The translations under genes were made by a program, and so were the position numbers. 64,000 nucleotides of DNA from an uncultured Planctomycetota bacterium (GTDB lineage: Bacteria > Planctomycetota > Phycisphaerae > Tepidisphaerales > Tepidisphaeraceae): NCBI GenBank assembly GCA_963841915.1, contig CAWJEN010000006.1:1632001-1696000 (forward strand). The letters run 5' to 3'. The first letter of the stretch is position 1; each line of letters starts with the position of its first letter. The notes under the pieces are model-generated. The model saw nothing but the letters and a program-made list of their open reading frames with translations, searched no databases and was not told the origin of the DNA. Positions 8,952 to 18,655 of this stretch are shown here, in pieces.

Positions 8952-9773
8952 TCAGTCAAGGACGATCTTGCCGACCCGTGCCGGAGCGAAGTACCCACCG
9001 CTATCCGGCTCCTGCGCGTCCTGTCCGTCGATGAGCAAGCCAAACCAGCGGCTCGTCACCTCGTCAGCGACCGCAAACTTTGCGTGGCCGTCGAGGAAAA
9101 CGTAATTGCGCCCGCCATCGTGCGGCTGGTCGCTGATGAGCCGAGCGTCCTGAAGTCGCATCCAGCCGGAGAACCCGACGTTGCTTGGTTTGGCTACATC
9201 GGGCGTGGTCTTGTTGGTCTCGCCCGGGAGTCGCACCATCCGCGGACGCAACGCCGCCGCAGTCGTAACTTCATTGCTGTCCATATATTGGACAGTCTCG
9301 ACGGGGGAGAGCTTCAACTTCGGGAACGTCGTGACGACACCGTTGGCCACGTACGACGTCTGGCTGTCCTGCCCGAAGATGCTGTCGATGTCCGTTTCAG
9401 TTGCCGAAGGGCACTGGTACGCATCGCCAATTTCTGCAAGATGACCTGACTCAATCATCGACGAGATCCACGTGTGCTCGAAGCTCGGATCATCCACTGG
9501 TCCCGTCACGCCGTTCAAAATCGAGGCGTTGGCGGACCAGCCGAAGTGGTAGCTGGTGGAGTCGAACTCGTTGCGATACGACTGAGACGCCGTGTTGAGC
9601 TGCCTGAGATTGCTCAAGCAAGTGACCTTCTTGGCAGCGCTTCGTGCACGATTCAGCGTCGGCAGCAAGATGGAGATCAGCAGTGCGATGATGCCGATGA
9701 CAACGAGCAGTTCGACCAGCGTGAAAGCATGTCGCCGTGGCTGTGTAGATTTCAAAGTCTGATTCAGGGTCAT
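8952..9773 (-). CDS. Prepilin-type N-terminal cleavage/methylation protein with H-X9-DG motif (DUF1559-like)
   Basis: RRHAFTLVELLVVIGIIALLISILLP...CLSNLRQL; C-terminal H-DGGRNYVFL-DGH. Confidence 0.93.
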   Translation of the reverse strand: MTLNQTLKSTQPRRHAFTLVELLVVIGIIALLISILLPTLNRARSAAKKVTCLSNLRQLNTASQSYRNEFDSTSYHFGWSANASILNGVTGPVDDPSFEHTWISSMIESGHLAEIGDAYQCPSATETDIDSIFGQDSQTSYVANGVVTTFPKLKLSPVETVQYMDSNEVTTAAALRPRMVRLPGETNKTTPDVAKPSNVGFSGWMRLQDARLISDQPHDGGRNYVFLDGHAKFAVADEVTSRWFGLLIDGQDAQEPDSGGYFAPARVGKIVLD

Positions 9774-9855
9774 TTGAGCCTCCTCAAGGCCTAGGTGGGT
9801 TGCGATTGATAGAGTTTGACAGATCGCACTGCTCGTGTCAAGATGATGAGCCCGA

Positions 9856-9873
9856 TTACAGATGTAACTTACA
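9856..9873. promoter_or_regulatory. Overlapping inverted repeats TTACA-GA-TGTAA-C-TTACA in the divergent promoter region
   Basis: AT-rich triple half-site between the divergent starts at 9773 and 9908. Confidence 0.45.
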
Positions 9874-9907
9874 GCACGCTGCGGCAGAGGAGGCCGTTTA
9901 GTTTCAA

Positions 9908-11431
9908 ATGTCCGCACGTCCTTTCGACCTGTTCGCCATAGTCGTCTACCTGATTGCCGTTGCCGGCATCGGGATCTGGTTCGCCCGCAAGAACGAGTCG
10001 ACGAGCGACTACTTCCTCGGCAACAAGGGGTTTGGCGGCGTGGTGCTCGCGTTGTCGATGGTCGGCACGTCACTCAGCTCGATCACCTTTCTCGCACTGC
10101 CGGCTGCGGCTTATGCGCTCGATTGGCGGCTGCTGGTCAGCAACTGGATGATGCCGCTGGCGGCGCTCATCGGCATGTTCGTCTTCGTGCCGTTCTTCCG
10201 GGCCGCGAAGGTGGTGACCGCGTACGAGTTCCTTGAGCTCCGATTTGGGCCGTGGGCCAGGCTCTATACGGCCTGCAGCTTCATGATCCTGCAGTGGGTC
10301 CGCGTCGGGACGATCCTCTATCTCGTCAGCTTACCGGTGGCCTTGCTGTTCGATGTCGATCCGAGGGTCGTCGTCGTGTTACTGGGCATCTGCCTGATGG
10401 CCTACACCGTTGTCGGCGGCTTCGACGCCGTCGTCTGGACCGATGTCATTCAGGTCATTGTGCTGATCATCGGCGGCATCGTTGCCTTCGCCTTCGTTAC
10501 CTTCCAAACGCCTGGCGGCTTGGGTGCCAGCCTCGCCGATGCGGCGGCGGCGGACAAGTTTCATCTCGGCGATTGGGATCTCGACTTCACCCGTCGAACC
10601 GCCGTCACACTGATGGTGCTCGGCCTGATCGGCTGGATCAGCGTTTACGGCACCGAGCAGACCACTGTCCAACGCATTATTTCTGCGCGAACTGACAAGG
10701 ACGCCCGCAAGGCGATCTGGCTGGCGGTGGTCATCAGTCTACCCATTTGGACCTTCTTCTACCTGATCGGCACGTCGATCTGGGGGTTCTACCAGCGGGC
10801 TCCTGACGCGGCCGTCGTGGACATGGCGGCGGATCAGGTCTTTCCGCACTTCATCCTCACGCAGCTGCCGGTCGGCGTAGCCGGCATCATCATCGCAGCG
10901 GTTCTGGCGGCGGCCATGAGTTCGCTCGACAGCTCGATCAACTCCGTCTCGACGACCTTCATCAACGACATCTACCGCCGCCATCTCAAGAAGGGCCGCG
11001 GCGACCGCCACTACCTTTTTGCCGCAAAGGTTACCTCTCTCGTCACCGGCATCCTCATGATCGTCGGCGGCCTCATGTACGCCTCGGCCCAGCACGAGTC
11101 GATGCTCGACACCACGAAGGTCATCGCCAGCATCTTCGGCGGCTGCACAATTGCTATCTTTCTGCTCGGCTTCTTCACAATACGCGTCGGCGAGAAAGCC
11201 ATCCTCTGGGCACTCATCCCGGGCCTCGGCATCAACATCTATCTCGGCCTTAATGCGGCCGGCATGCTGCCGGAGGCGTACGCGTCGCCAATTCATAATT
11301 ACTGGATCAACGCGTTCGTCAATGTGGTTTTCGCTGTGTTCGCGATGGGGCTGACCTGGATGGGGCTTAAGCAGCGCAAGAGCGTCCAAGGCTTGACCGT
11401 CTGGACGACAAAGAAGGAGCAGGCCACGTGA
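9908..11431 (+). CDS. Sodium:solute symporter (SSS), sugar/sialic-acid-transporter-like
   Basis: Multiple TM helices; DYFLG, TAYEFLELRFG, GGFDAVVWTDVIQ, AAAMSSLDSSINS. Confidence 0.93.
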   Translation: MSARPFDLFAIVVYLIAVAGIGIWFARKNESTSDYFLGNKGFGGVVLALSMVGTSLSSITFLALPAAAYALDWRLLVSNWMMPLAALIGMFVFVPFFRAAKVVTAYEFLELRFGPWARLYTACSFMILQWVRVGTILYLVSLPVALLFDVDPRVVVVLLGICLMAYTVVGGFDAVVWTDVIQVIVLIIGGIVAFAFVTFQTPGGLGASLADAAAADKFHLGDWDLDFTRRTAVTLMVLGLIGWISVYGTEQTTVQRIISARTDKDARKAIWLAVVISLPIWTFFYLIGTSIWGFYQRAPDAAVVDMAADQVFPHFILTQLPVGVAGIIIAAVLAAAMSSLDSSINSVSTTFINDIYRRHLKKGRGDRHYLFAAKVTSLVTGILMIVGGLMYASAQHESMLDTTKVIASIFGGCTIAIFLLGFFTIRVGEKAILWALIPGLGINIYLGLNAAGMLPEAYASPIHNYWINAFVNVVFAVFAMGLTWMGLKQRKSVQGLTVWTTKKEQAT

Positions 11432-12870
11432 AACAACCGAATGTCCTCTTAGTCATCACGCACGACATGAGCCCGCGGCTCGCCTGCGACGGTGACCCAT
11501 ACGCCGTGACGCCCAACCTCGACAAGCTCGCGGCCAAGTCGACGCGGTATGAACGGCATTACTGCCAGTGGCCGCTTTGCGGGCCAAGCCGAACGGTGCT
11601 GATGTCAGGTCTTCGGCCCCAGACAACCCGCCGGCATGCAAACGAGTCCTTCTGGGGCACGCTCCGAGAGCGGATGCCGAACGGCTACGCGACGTTGGGC
11701 GGGGCGTTCAAGAACGCCGGCTACCACACGGAGCAGGTCTGGCAGGTTCTGCACGCTTACGAGACGGACGAAGAGAGCTGGACGGAGCCGACCTGGTTCC
11801 CACCAAATCCACCGGCACCTGATTGGGCGAAGGGCAAGATCGACGCCGACGAATTACGCTATTGGCAGACGGCTGACGCCTTCGATCTGATTCGGCGGCG
11901 ACTTGAAAAGGCACAGGCACGTGGAATTGATCCGGCGAAGTACCACCGCTACGCCCGCGGCCCGACGGTTGAGGCTGCTGACGTACCAGATGATGCGTAC
12001 CCCGACGGGCGGGCGACGGATCATGCGCTTCATCGCATCGCAACGCTCGCGAAGGGCGACAAGCCCTTCTTCCTAGCTGTCGGCTTCGAGGCCGGGCACC
12101 TGCCGTGGACCGCACCGAAGGCCGACTTCGACCGTTATGATCCATCAACGTTCATCCTGCCCGAGCCACACACGCCCCCGACGGGGAGCCCGCCGTGGGC
12201 GATGAACGACCAGGAGCCGGCTCAGTACTACACCGACACCGATTACGACGAGTCGTGGGCTCCGAGTGAGACGCAACTCCGCGAGATGATGCACGGCTGC
12301 TACGCCTCCGTCACCTTCCTCGATCGCCAGGTCGGCCGTCTGCTCGACGCGCTTGAGCAGGCCGACATTGCCGACGAGACAATCGTCGTCTTCACGAGCG
12401 ACCACGGCTTCCACGTCGGTGAGCACAACTACGTCGGCAAGCACAGCTTCTGGGACAAGAGCACACACTGCCCGCTGATCGTCCATGTCCCGGGCCGCGA
12501 TGCAGCAGTCGAGCCGGGCGTTACGGAGCACGTCGGAATACTGCCGACGCTGTGCGATCTGGCGTACATCGACAAGCCCATCGGCATCGAAGGCGAGTCG
12601 TTTGCCGACCAGCCCAATGACGCCGCCTTCAGCTATCGCCGCCGCCTGCCGGGTGACAGCAACTGCTACTACTACGACGCTGTATCAGTACGAACAGCCG
12701 ATCATCGCCTGACGATCTACCGCGACGAGGAACGGCAGGAACTCGCCGCCGAATTATTCGACTACGCCACCGATCCGCTCGAGAGCCGCAACGTCGCAGG
12801 CGAGCTGCCGCAGGTCGACCGCGACTTGCGCCACCGCCTCGCCCCGCACCTCGTTGCCTTCGAGACCTGA
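11428..12870 (+). CDS. Sulfatase (S1 family)
   Basis: PNVLLVITHD, WPLCGPSR, FTSDHGFH, GKHS; GTGA overlap with the SSS gene. Confidence 0.92.
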   Translation: MKQPNVLLVITHDMSPRLACDGDPYAVTPNLDKLAAKSTRYERHYCQWPLCGPSRTVLMSGLRPQTTRRHANESFWGTLRERMPNGYATLGGAFKNAGYHTEQVWQVLHAYETDEESWTEPTWFPPNPPAPDWAKGKIDADELRYWQTADAFDLIRRRLEKAQARGIDPAKYHRYARGPTVEAADVPDDAYPDGRATDHALHRIATLAKGDKPFFLAVGFEAGHLPWTAPKADFDRYDPSTFILPEPHTPPTGSPPWAMNDQEPAQYYTDTDYDESWAPSETQLREMMHGCYASVTFLDRQVGRLLDALEQADIADETIVVFTSDHGFHVGEHNYVGKHSFWDKSTHCPLIVHVPGRDAAVEPGVTEHVGILPTLCDLAYIDKPIGIEGESFADQPNDAAFSYRRRLPGDSNCYYYDAVSVRTADHRLTIYRDEERQELAAELFDYATDPLESRNVAGELPQVDRDLRHRLAPHLVAFET

Positions 12871-12883
12871 CACGCCCGCTCCT

Positions 12884-12907
12884 GTGACACGACACGCAGT
12901 GTCGTCA
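12884..12907. promoter_or_regulatory. Candidate operator copy 2, palindromic ACGACAC-GCA-GTGTCGT
   Basis: 7-3-7 inverted repeat upstream of the GH2 gene; near-identical to 666-682. Confidence 0.45.
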
Positions 12908-12997
12908 AGCCACGCCCGGTTCAAGCCTATCCGGCGACACAGAATGTGGAGCGACGGTTGTTCTAGCTGGATTAACTAAGCCAGATTGCTCTGACCT

Positions 12998-15499
12998 ATG
13001 ACGACTCGACCGCTTCCGACGGACTGGACACTGACCTTCGCCGGCTCGCCGCCAGAGCACGTGCCGCCAAAGTCGGCACTGTTTAACTTTCCTGCGACCG
13101 TGCCCGGCTGCGTCCACACGGACCTGATCACTGCCAATGTGATTCCTGACCCTTACCCCGGCCACAACGAGCATGCCAGCCACTGGATCGGCTGGTGCGA
13201 CTGGAAGTACGCGACGACAATTGAGCTGACGCAGGGCGATCTTAACACTGAGCACCTGGAAGTGGTGTTCGATGGCCTCGACACAGTTGCGACCATCCGG
13301 CTCAACGACGAGATCATCGGCGAGTCGCAGAACATGCACGTCCGCTGCCGATTCGACCTCAAGCAGCACGGCCGCGTCGGCGACAACGAATTGTCCGTCA
13401 CCTTCAAGTCACCACGCGTCGCCGCTCACCTCAACGAATGCGAGATTGGCGGCCTGCCGATCATTGGCTCAGGCAGCAACCCGCAGCTGCCGCACACGAT
13501 GCTGCGGAAAATGGCCTGCAACTTCGGCTGGGACTGGGGGCCGCAGCTCCTGACGAGCGGCATCTGGCGGCCGTGCCGGATTGAGGCGTGGGAAACCGCC
13601 CGCATCGCCGACGTCCGGCCGCTCGTGATGCGGGCGGACGAGGACGTGGCCGAGGTCGACGTGCGGGTCGACGTCGAGGGCGAGGCCGAGGTGCAGGCGA
13701 CGCTGCGCGACCCCGACGGCAAGGTGGTCGCCGAAGGCTCAAGCCGCCTGACGGTCGAGAAGCCGCGACTCTGGTGGCCCGTCGGCTACGGGGATCAGCC
13801 GCTATACGAGCTGACCATCGAACTGCTCGACAGCGATCGCGTGCTCGACAGCCGCACTCATAGCGTCGGCCTGAGGACTGCGAAGCTAGTCACGACACCC
13901 GACGCTGAGCCCGTCGAAGCCCTCGGCCAAGGCGAAACGTTTCAGATCGAGGTTAACGGCCAGCGCGTCTTCTGCAAAGGTGCCAATTGGATCCCCGACG
14001 ACTGCTTCCCGCACCGCGTCACGCCCGAGCGCTACGCCGAGCGGGTCGACCAAGCCGTGTCGGCCAATATGAACATGCTCCGCATCTGGGGCGGCGGACT
14101 GTACGAGGATCACGCGTTCTACGAGCATTGCGATCGCGTCGGCATGCTTGTGTGGCAGGACTTCCTCCTCGCCTGCGGCTGCTATCCAGAGGAAGAGCCG
14201 ATGCGGAGCCTGATCGAGCACGAGGCCCGCGACAACGTCGCCCGCCTCGCCCGGCACCCATCGCTGGTGTTGTGGAACGGCTGCAACGAGAACATCTGGG
14301 GCACCTTCGACTGGCCTGAGCCGTGGGTCAGCATCCGCGAGGAGGGGAAGCGGACGTGGGGCCTGGGCTACTACCTCGACGTGCTGCCGCAGATCGTCCA
14401 AGAGCTCGATCCGTCCCGCAGCTACTGGCCCGGCAGCCCATACAGCGGCTCGATGGAGCGTCATCCCAACGCCAACGAGTATGGCAATCGTCATATGTGG
14501 GACGTCTGGAACGGCCACGGCGACTACCGCAACTACCTCGGTCACTTTCCCCGGTTCGCCAGCGAGTTCGGCTACCAGGGTCCGCCGACGATCCCGACGT
14601 TGGACGAAGCCGTTTCGCCCGATGGCCGCTCGTGGCTGTCGGCCGACATGCACCAGCACAACAAGCAGAAAGTCGGCCAACAGCGGGCGCTCGACCGTAT
14701 CGCCGACGACTTCAATATCGAGAACTCGGATTCTCCTGAACGATTCGATGACGTCTGGTTCCTCGCCACGCTGCAACAGTGCAGGGCGTTGACGCTCGGG
14801 TGCGAATGGTTCCGAGCTCTTTCGCCCTGGTGCAGCGGTGCACTGTATTGGCAGCTCAATGACTGCTGGCCGGTGGTCAGCTGGGCCGCGATCGACGGCA
14901 GTGGTCGGCCCAAGATGTTGCTTGAGGCGACACGCCGTTTCTTCCGCCCACGCCTGCTGACGATCCTGCCTAGTGAGCCAATCTCTGAGGGAAAAGAGGC
15001 AGACGCCTATTCCGTCTACTTGCACAACGATTCCAAAGAAGCCTGGTCGACGCGAGTCAGGATCCGCAAGATCAATCTTGAAGCAGCAACCTTGGAGGAA
15101 CACGAGGCCGACCTTGACGTCGCTCCGAGAGCGACGGCAACGCTGCGACTTCCCGAAAGCTTCCTCGGCACGCCCGGCGAGCTGTTGCTGGCGGAGACGC
15201 CAGACGATCGCGCCTGGCACTTCTTCGGACGCGACAGAGAGATCGATTATCCGGTGCCTGATCTGGAGGTCGCCGTGGAGCAGACGGCGACGGGTCGTCG
15301 TCTTCAGGTGACTTCAAAGACGACCATTCGTGATCTGTATTGCTTAAATTCGACCAGGGCCGCAGATCTCGCCCGCACGCGACAAGGTGTGCACCTGCTG
15401 CCGGGAGAGACGGCTGCTTTCGACCTGGATGACTCTGCCGATCCCAAGCCTCGGCTGATCAGCGCGAACCATGTCTGCCATTCAATGACAAGAGGTTGA
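12998..15499 (+). CDS. Glycoside hydrolase family 2, beta-mannosidase-like
   Basis: FGWDWGP, KGANWIP, NMLRIWGGG, WNGCNE (acid/base), FASEFG (nucleophile), LYWQLND. Confidence 0.93.
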   Translation: MTTRPLPTDWTLTFAGSPPEHVPPKSALFNFPATVPGCVHTDLITANVIPDPYPGHNEHASHWIGWCDWKYATTIELTQGDLNTEHLEVVFDGLDTVATIRLNDEIIGESQNMHVRCRFDLKQHGRVGDNELSVTFKSPRVAAHLNECEIGGLPIIGSGSNPQLPHTMLRKMACNFGWDWGPQLLTSGIWRPCRIEAWETARIADVRPLVMRADEDVAEVDVRVDVEGEAEVQATLRDPDGKVVAEGSSRLTVEKPRLWWPVGYGDQPLYELTIELLDSDRVLDSRTHSVGLRTAKLVTTPDAEPVEALGQGETFQIEVNGQRVFCKGANWIPDDCFPHRVTPERYAERVDQAVSANMNMLRIWGGGLYEDHAFYEHCDRVGMLVWQDFLLACGCYPEEEPMRSLIEHEARDNVARLARHPSLVLWNGCNENIWGTFDWPEPWVSIREEGKRTWGLGYYLDVLPQIVQELDPSRSYWPGSPYSGSMERHPNANEYGNRHMWDVWNGHGDYRNYLGHFPRFASEFGYQGPPTIPTLDEAVSPDGRSWLSADMHQHNKQKVGQQRALDRIADDFNIENSDSPERFDDVWFLATLQQCRALTLGCEWFRALSPWCSGALYWQLNDCWPVVSWAAIDGSGRPKMLLEATRRFFRPRLLTILPSEPISEGKEADAYSVYLHNDSKEAWSTRVRIRKINLEAATLEEHEADLDVAPRATATLRLPESFLGTPGELLLAETPDDRAWHFFGRDREIDYPVPDLEVAVEQTATGRRLQVTSKTTIRDLYCLNSTRAADLARTRQGVHLLPGETAAFDLDDSADPKPRLISANHVCHSMTRG

Positions 15500-16012
15500 T
15501 CATGATGCCGAACGACAAGAAGCCGACGCCGCCAAGGCCCTTGAAGCTCTCGGCTGAAATGTGCAGCGGAGTCAGGGCAAACGCGACTCGCCTGACGGCA
15601 AGCACGGTTTCATCGACTCTTAGAAGCGGGCCGACGAGGTCTTTGCCGATGTGAATCCAGCCGCTCGCTGCTTTGGGCCGAGTTATTCGGAGAAGCGAGC
15701 TTCCGCACCAAGCTCAAGACGTGGCTTAAAGCCGGCAGCGTCAGCCACGATGAGTCGCACGTCTCGCCGCTGAGCCAACTTTTGAAGGCGGAGCAGGAGC
15801 TGGGCGAAGCGAACGCCAAGGAGCTTCAGGCCAAGCCCGCGATCATGCTGCGGTGGGGCGATGTCGACCAGAGTGGCACAACCGACAAGTACGTCTGAGT
15901 CTGTGAGTGAGGTGGTCACGTGGCTGCAACAAGGAGCTTCGTCAGACTGGCGGTCTGAGGGACCGCGGCTCAGAGTCTTCCACTAGACCCAACACATCTC
16001 ACAGATCCTCCG

Positions 16013-16060
16013 CCTCCGTGCCTCCGTGCCTCCGTGCCTTCGTGCCTTCGTGCCTCCGGG
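16013..16060. repeat. Tandem 8-bp repeat (CCTYCGTG) x5 plus one degenerate unit
   Basis: cctccgtg x3, ccttcgtg x2, cctccggg, directly downstream of the 16070 stop codon. Confidence 0.9.
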
Positions 16061-16069
16061 TATCCACAC

Positions 16070-16579
16070 TCACCCGTACCGCTTGCCTCGGTGCTCGACG
16101 TAGCCATCCTCGTGCCAGCCCTTGGGGTCGTGGTGGGTCCAGTGAAGCGTTCCGCCTTTGAGCGTGTACTCGTACTCGCCCTTGATGATGACGGTGTCGC
16201 CCACACGCAAGGGAACGCGGTCGGCCAGATCGATGTTGTGGGCGACCAGCACCGTCACGTCGCCCGGCAGGTCGACGAGGAACCGCTGATGCCTGGAGCC
16301 TTCGTTGTCGTCTGCTAGCAGCCGCGCGACACGGCCGACGCAGGTGACGACGACGTCGCTGGTCTTGTTGGCGAGCAGATTAGCGATGCCGCCGTCGTCG
16401 TGGCGGGGCGACATGTCTCCTACATCGGCAGATTCGGTACGCGTCTCTCCAGGGGTCGAGGAAGCGGGCACCGGTGCCTGCCCGTCGTCCGTCATCTGCT
16501 CGACCACCCAAAGCCCACCTGCCACGAGTGCGATCAGCACCGTTGTCAGCACGCTCGTCTGTTTCGCACCCGTCTTCAT
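16070..16579 (-). CDS. DUF3465 domain membrane-anchored protein
   Basis: N-terminal TM; DDNEGSRHQRF...AHNIDLA...GEYE...HWTHHDP.G.H..G. Confidence 0.85.
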   Translation of the reverse strand: MKTGAKQTSVLTTVLIALVAGGLWVVEQMTDDGQAPVPASSTPGETRTESADVGDMSPRHDDGGIANLLANKTSDVVVTCVGRVARLLADDNEGSRHQRFLVDLPGDVTVLVAHNIDLADRVPLRVGDTVIIKGEYEYTLKGGTLHWTHHDPKGWHEDGYVEHRGKRYG

Positions 16580-16603
16580 GCCGCTGAAGCCTAACCGATC
16601 GCA

Positions 16604-17173
16604 CTACAGCCAGGCCGACAGCTTCTGAACCTTTGGCAAGCCGACGGCACAGACATAAGGCTGCTGCGGATTGTTCAGCATGAAATCCTGGTGGTAGTCC
16701 TCTGCGACGATGAACCCATCGAGGGGCTCGATCGTCGTCACGATCGGGTCGGCAAAGACGCCGCTGTCGTCGAGCGTCTTGATGTAGCCCTCGATCGTTT
16801 GCCGCTGCGCATCGTTGGCAGGGAAGGCGGCCGAGCGGTACTGCGTGCCGCGGTCATTGCCCTGGCGGTTGAGCTGTGTCGGGTCGTGGGCGACGGCAAA
16901 AAAGATCCGCAGGATCTGGCCGAGCGAGGTCTTGCTCGTGTCGTAGACGATCCGGACGGCCTCGGCGTGGCCGGTCGCGCCGGAGCAGACGGCCTTGTAG
17001 TTGGCGGTGTCGCGGTCCCCGCCGATGTAGCCGCTGATGACGTCGGTCACACCGGGGATGCGTTCGAAGACGCCCTCGGTGCACCAGAAACAACCGCCGG
17101 CGAGAATGACATCGCCGGTGTCGTCGGTGGTCTCAGGAGCGGGCGGAAACGTCGCAGGATCAAGGTTCGGCAC
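16604..17173 (-). CDS. msrA: Peptide-methionine (S)-S-oxide reductase
   Basis: AGGCFWC, TGHAE, DRGTQYRS, AEDYHQ. Confidence 0.96.
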   Translation of the reverse strand: MPNLDPATFPPAPETTDDTGDVILAGGCFWCTEGVFERIPGVTDVISGYIGGDRDTANYKAVCSGATGHAEAVRIVYDTSKTSLGQILRIFFAVAHDPTQLNRQGNDRGTQYRSAAFPANDAQRQTIEGYIKTLDDSGVFADPIVTTIEPLDGFIVAEDYHQDFMLNNPQQPYVCAVGLPKVQKLSAWL

Positions 17174-17201
17174 GGCTGATGATAAGCCGGATCGGCCGGA
17201 G

Positions 17202-17783
17202 CTATCGGCGCAGGTGGAACAGAAACTCGCGGTTGCCGGCGGCGTTCTTGCCGCGGCTGCCGCGGATCGGGCTGTCGACTTCGGCTACGGCGGAGAAGCC
17301 GGCCGTTTCTATGTCGTCGCGTACCGTCTGCAGCGTGGCCGGAAGGGCGTCGTCGGGCAGGACGCCGCTCGTCTTGTGCAGGTCGAGGCCGTGCGCTTCG
17401 TAGTGCGGCTTGACGAGCGTAACGGCCTCTCCGCCGATCGCGAGCACGCGATCGAAGGTCGCAAGCAGCTTGCTCTGCCGCGTCCAGCCGGCGTCGGCGA
17501 CGGCGAGCGTGACAGGCTCGGGCAGTTCGACATGCATCGCGTTCGTCCGCTCCATCACGACGACGCGCTCGTCGTTGCGGAGTTTCCAGTCGAGCACGCC
17601 GTAGCCGGTGTCGACGGCAAAGACCTTGGCCGCCCCGCGACGGAGCAACACGTCGGTGAACCCGCCGGTGCTGCACCCAAGGTCGCAGCAGACACGACCG
17701 CTCGGATCGACGCCGAATGCGTCCAGCGCCGCCGCCAGCTTCAGGCCGCCACGGGAGACGTAGGGCTTTGCGCTCTCGCTCAC
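17202..17783 (-). CDS. tlyA: TlyA-family rRNA methyltransferase lacking the N-terminal S4 domain
   Basis: YVSRGGLKL, DLGCSTGGFTD, LVKPHYE, GNREFL. Confidence 0.88.
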   Translation of the reverse strand: MSESAKPYVSRGGLKLAAALDAFGVDPSGRVCCDLGCSTGGFTDVLLRRGAAKVFAVDTGYGVLDWKLRNDERVVVMERTNAMHVELPEPVTLAVADAGWTRQSKLLATFDRVLAIGGEAVTLVKPHYEAHGLDLHKTSGVLPDDALPATLQTVRDDIETAGFSAVAEVDSPIRGSRGKNAAGNREFLFHLRR

Positions 17784-17789
17784 GACAAG

Positions 17790-18338
17790 CTACTTCGGGA
17801 CCGGGATCACGACGCGCGTCGTCGGGCGTATCTCAGGTCGGGTCATCGGCTGGACATCGACGACAGGTTCGACCGCGGAGGCGGGCTCGACAGCAGTGGG
17901 ACGCGTCGCCGGAAGGTAGACCGTCACAGTCTCGCGCTCCGCCTCGGGCAGCGGCGGGGCGGCGTGGTAGCTTGGAGGCACGAACGATGCCCGCGACGTC
18001 TGAGTCGACCAGGGCGGCGTCTGGAACATCCGCACCGGCAGCAGGGCGGCGTTGCCCAAGAAGACAAATCCGTCGATAAACCGGGCGGCGTTGCGGGACC
18101 GCTCGGGCCGGGTCGAATCGGGATTGCCGACGTATTCGTTGCTGAAGTAGCTCGGCCCGGCCTCGACGCCACCACCGAGATACGCCGCCTCCGTCCGCGG
18201 CCAATTTCGGGCGGTCATCGCCTCGTCGTAGGCGACCGGCTTGTCCACGACCTTCGCCACGTCGGTGCGGTTTCGATTCGCACAGCCCATAAGCGACAAG
18301 GCGAGGGCGGCAACAGGCACAAGCGGAAGCAGACGCAT
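17790..18338 (-). CDS. Hypothetical lipoprotein
   Basis: MRLLPLVPVAALALSLMGC lipobox; Pro/Thr-rich tail. Confidence 0.7.
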   Translation of the reverse strand: MRLLPLVPVAALALSLMGCANRNRTDVAKVVDKPVAYDEAMTARNWPRTEAAYLGGGVEAGPSYFSNEYVGNPDSTRPERSRNAARFIDGFVFLGNAALLPVRMFQTPPWSTQTSRASFVPPSYHAAPPLPEAERETVTVYLPATRPTAVEPASAVEPVVDVQPMTRPEIRPTTRVVIPVPK

Positions 18339-18457
18339 CGTCAAAGCGTAGCAGGGGACGGTCTCCGTGGCACCAATGCCGACGTGTCTTGCCACGTCGT
18401 GGACCCACCCCGTTCAATATCAGAATCAAGCCACCGAGTGGCTTGGCCGAGAAGGCA

Positions 18458-18655
18458 TCAATCAAATCGGGGCGGTAGCGGCTCGTCGTCGGCCCGCTCG
18501 CGCAGCAAGGCGTCGGCGTCGTCACGCAACCGCGTGTCCATGTCATAAGCGTCGAAATCTGACAGCTTCTCGTCCATCGGCTTGCGGCCGTCGGACTCGC
18601 AGCCGACGGCAAATAGGACGAGCACCACGATCAACGAGCGTTTTAGATGTCGCAT
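18458..18655 (-). CDS. Small hypothetical lipoprotein
   Basis: MRHLKRSLIVVLVLFAVGC lipobox; TGATG overlap with the upstream gene. Confidence 0.65.
   Translation of the reverse strand: MRHLKRSLIVVLVLFAVGCESDGRKPMDEKLSDFDAYDMDTRLRDDADALLRERADDEPLPPRFD

Noticed and set aside
16013..16060. Possible CRISPR array
   Set aside because: 8-bp tandem units with no spacers and no cas genes.
17037..18548. 503-aa + strand ORF
   Set aside because: Antisense shadow of msrA, tlyA and the lipoprotein genes; Arg-rich with no recognisable motifs.
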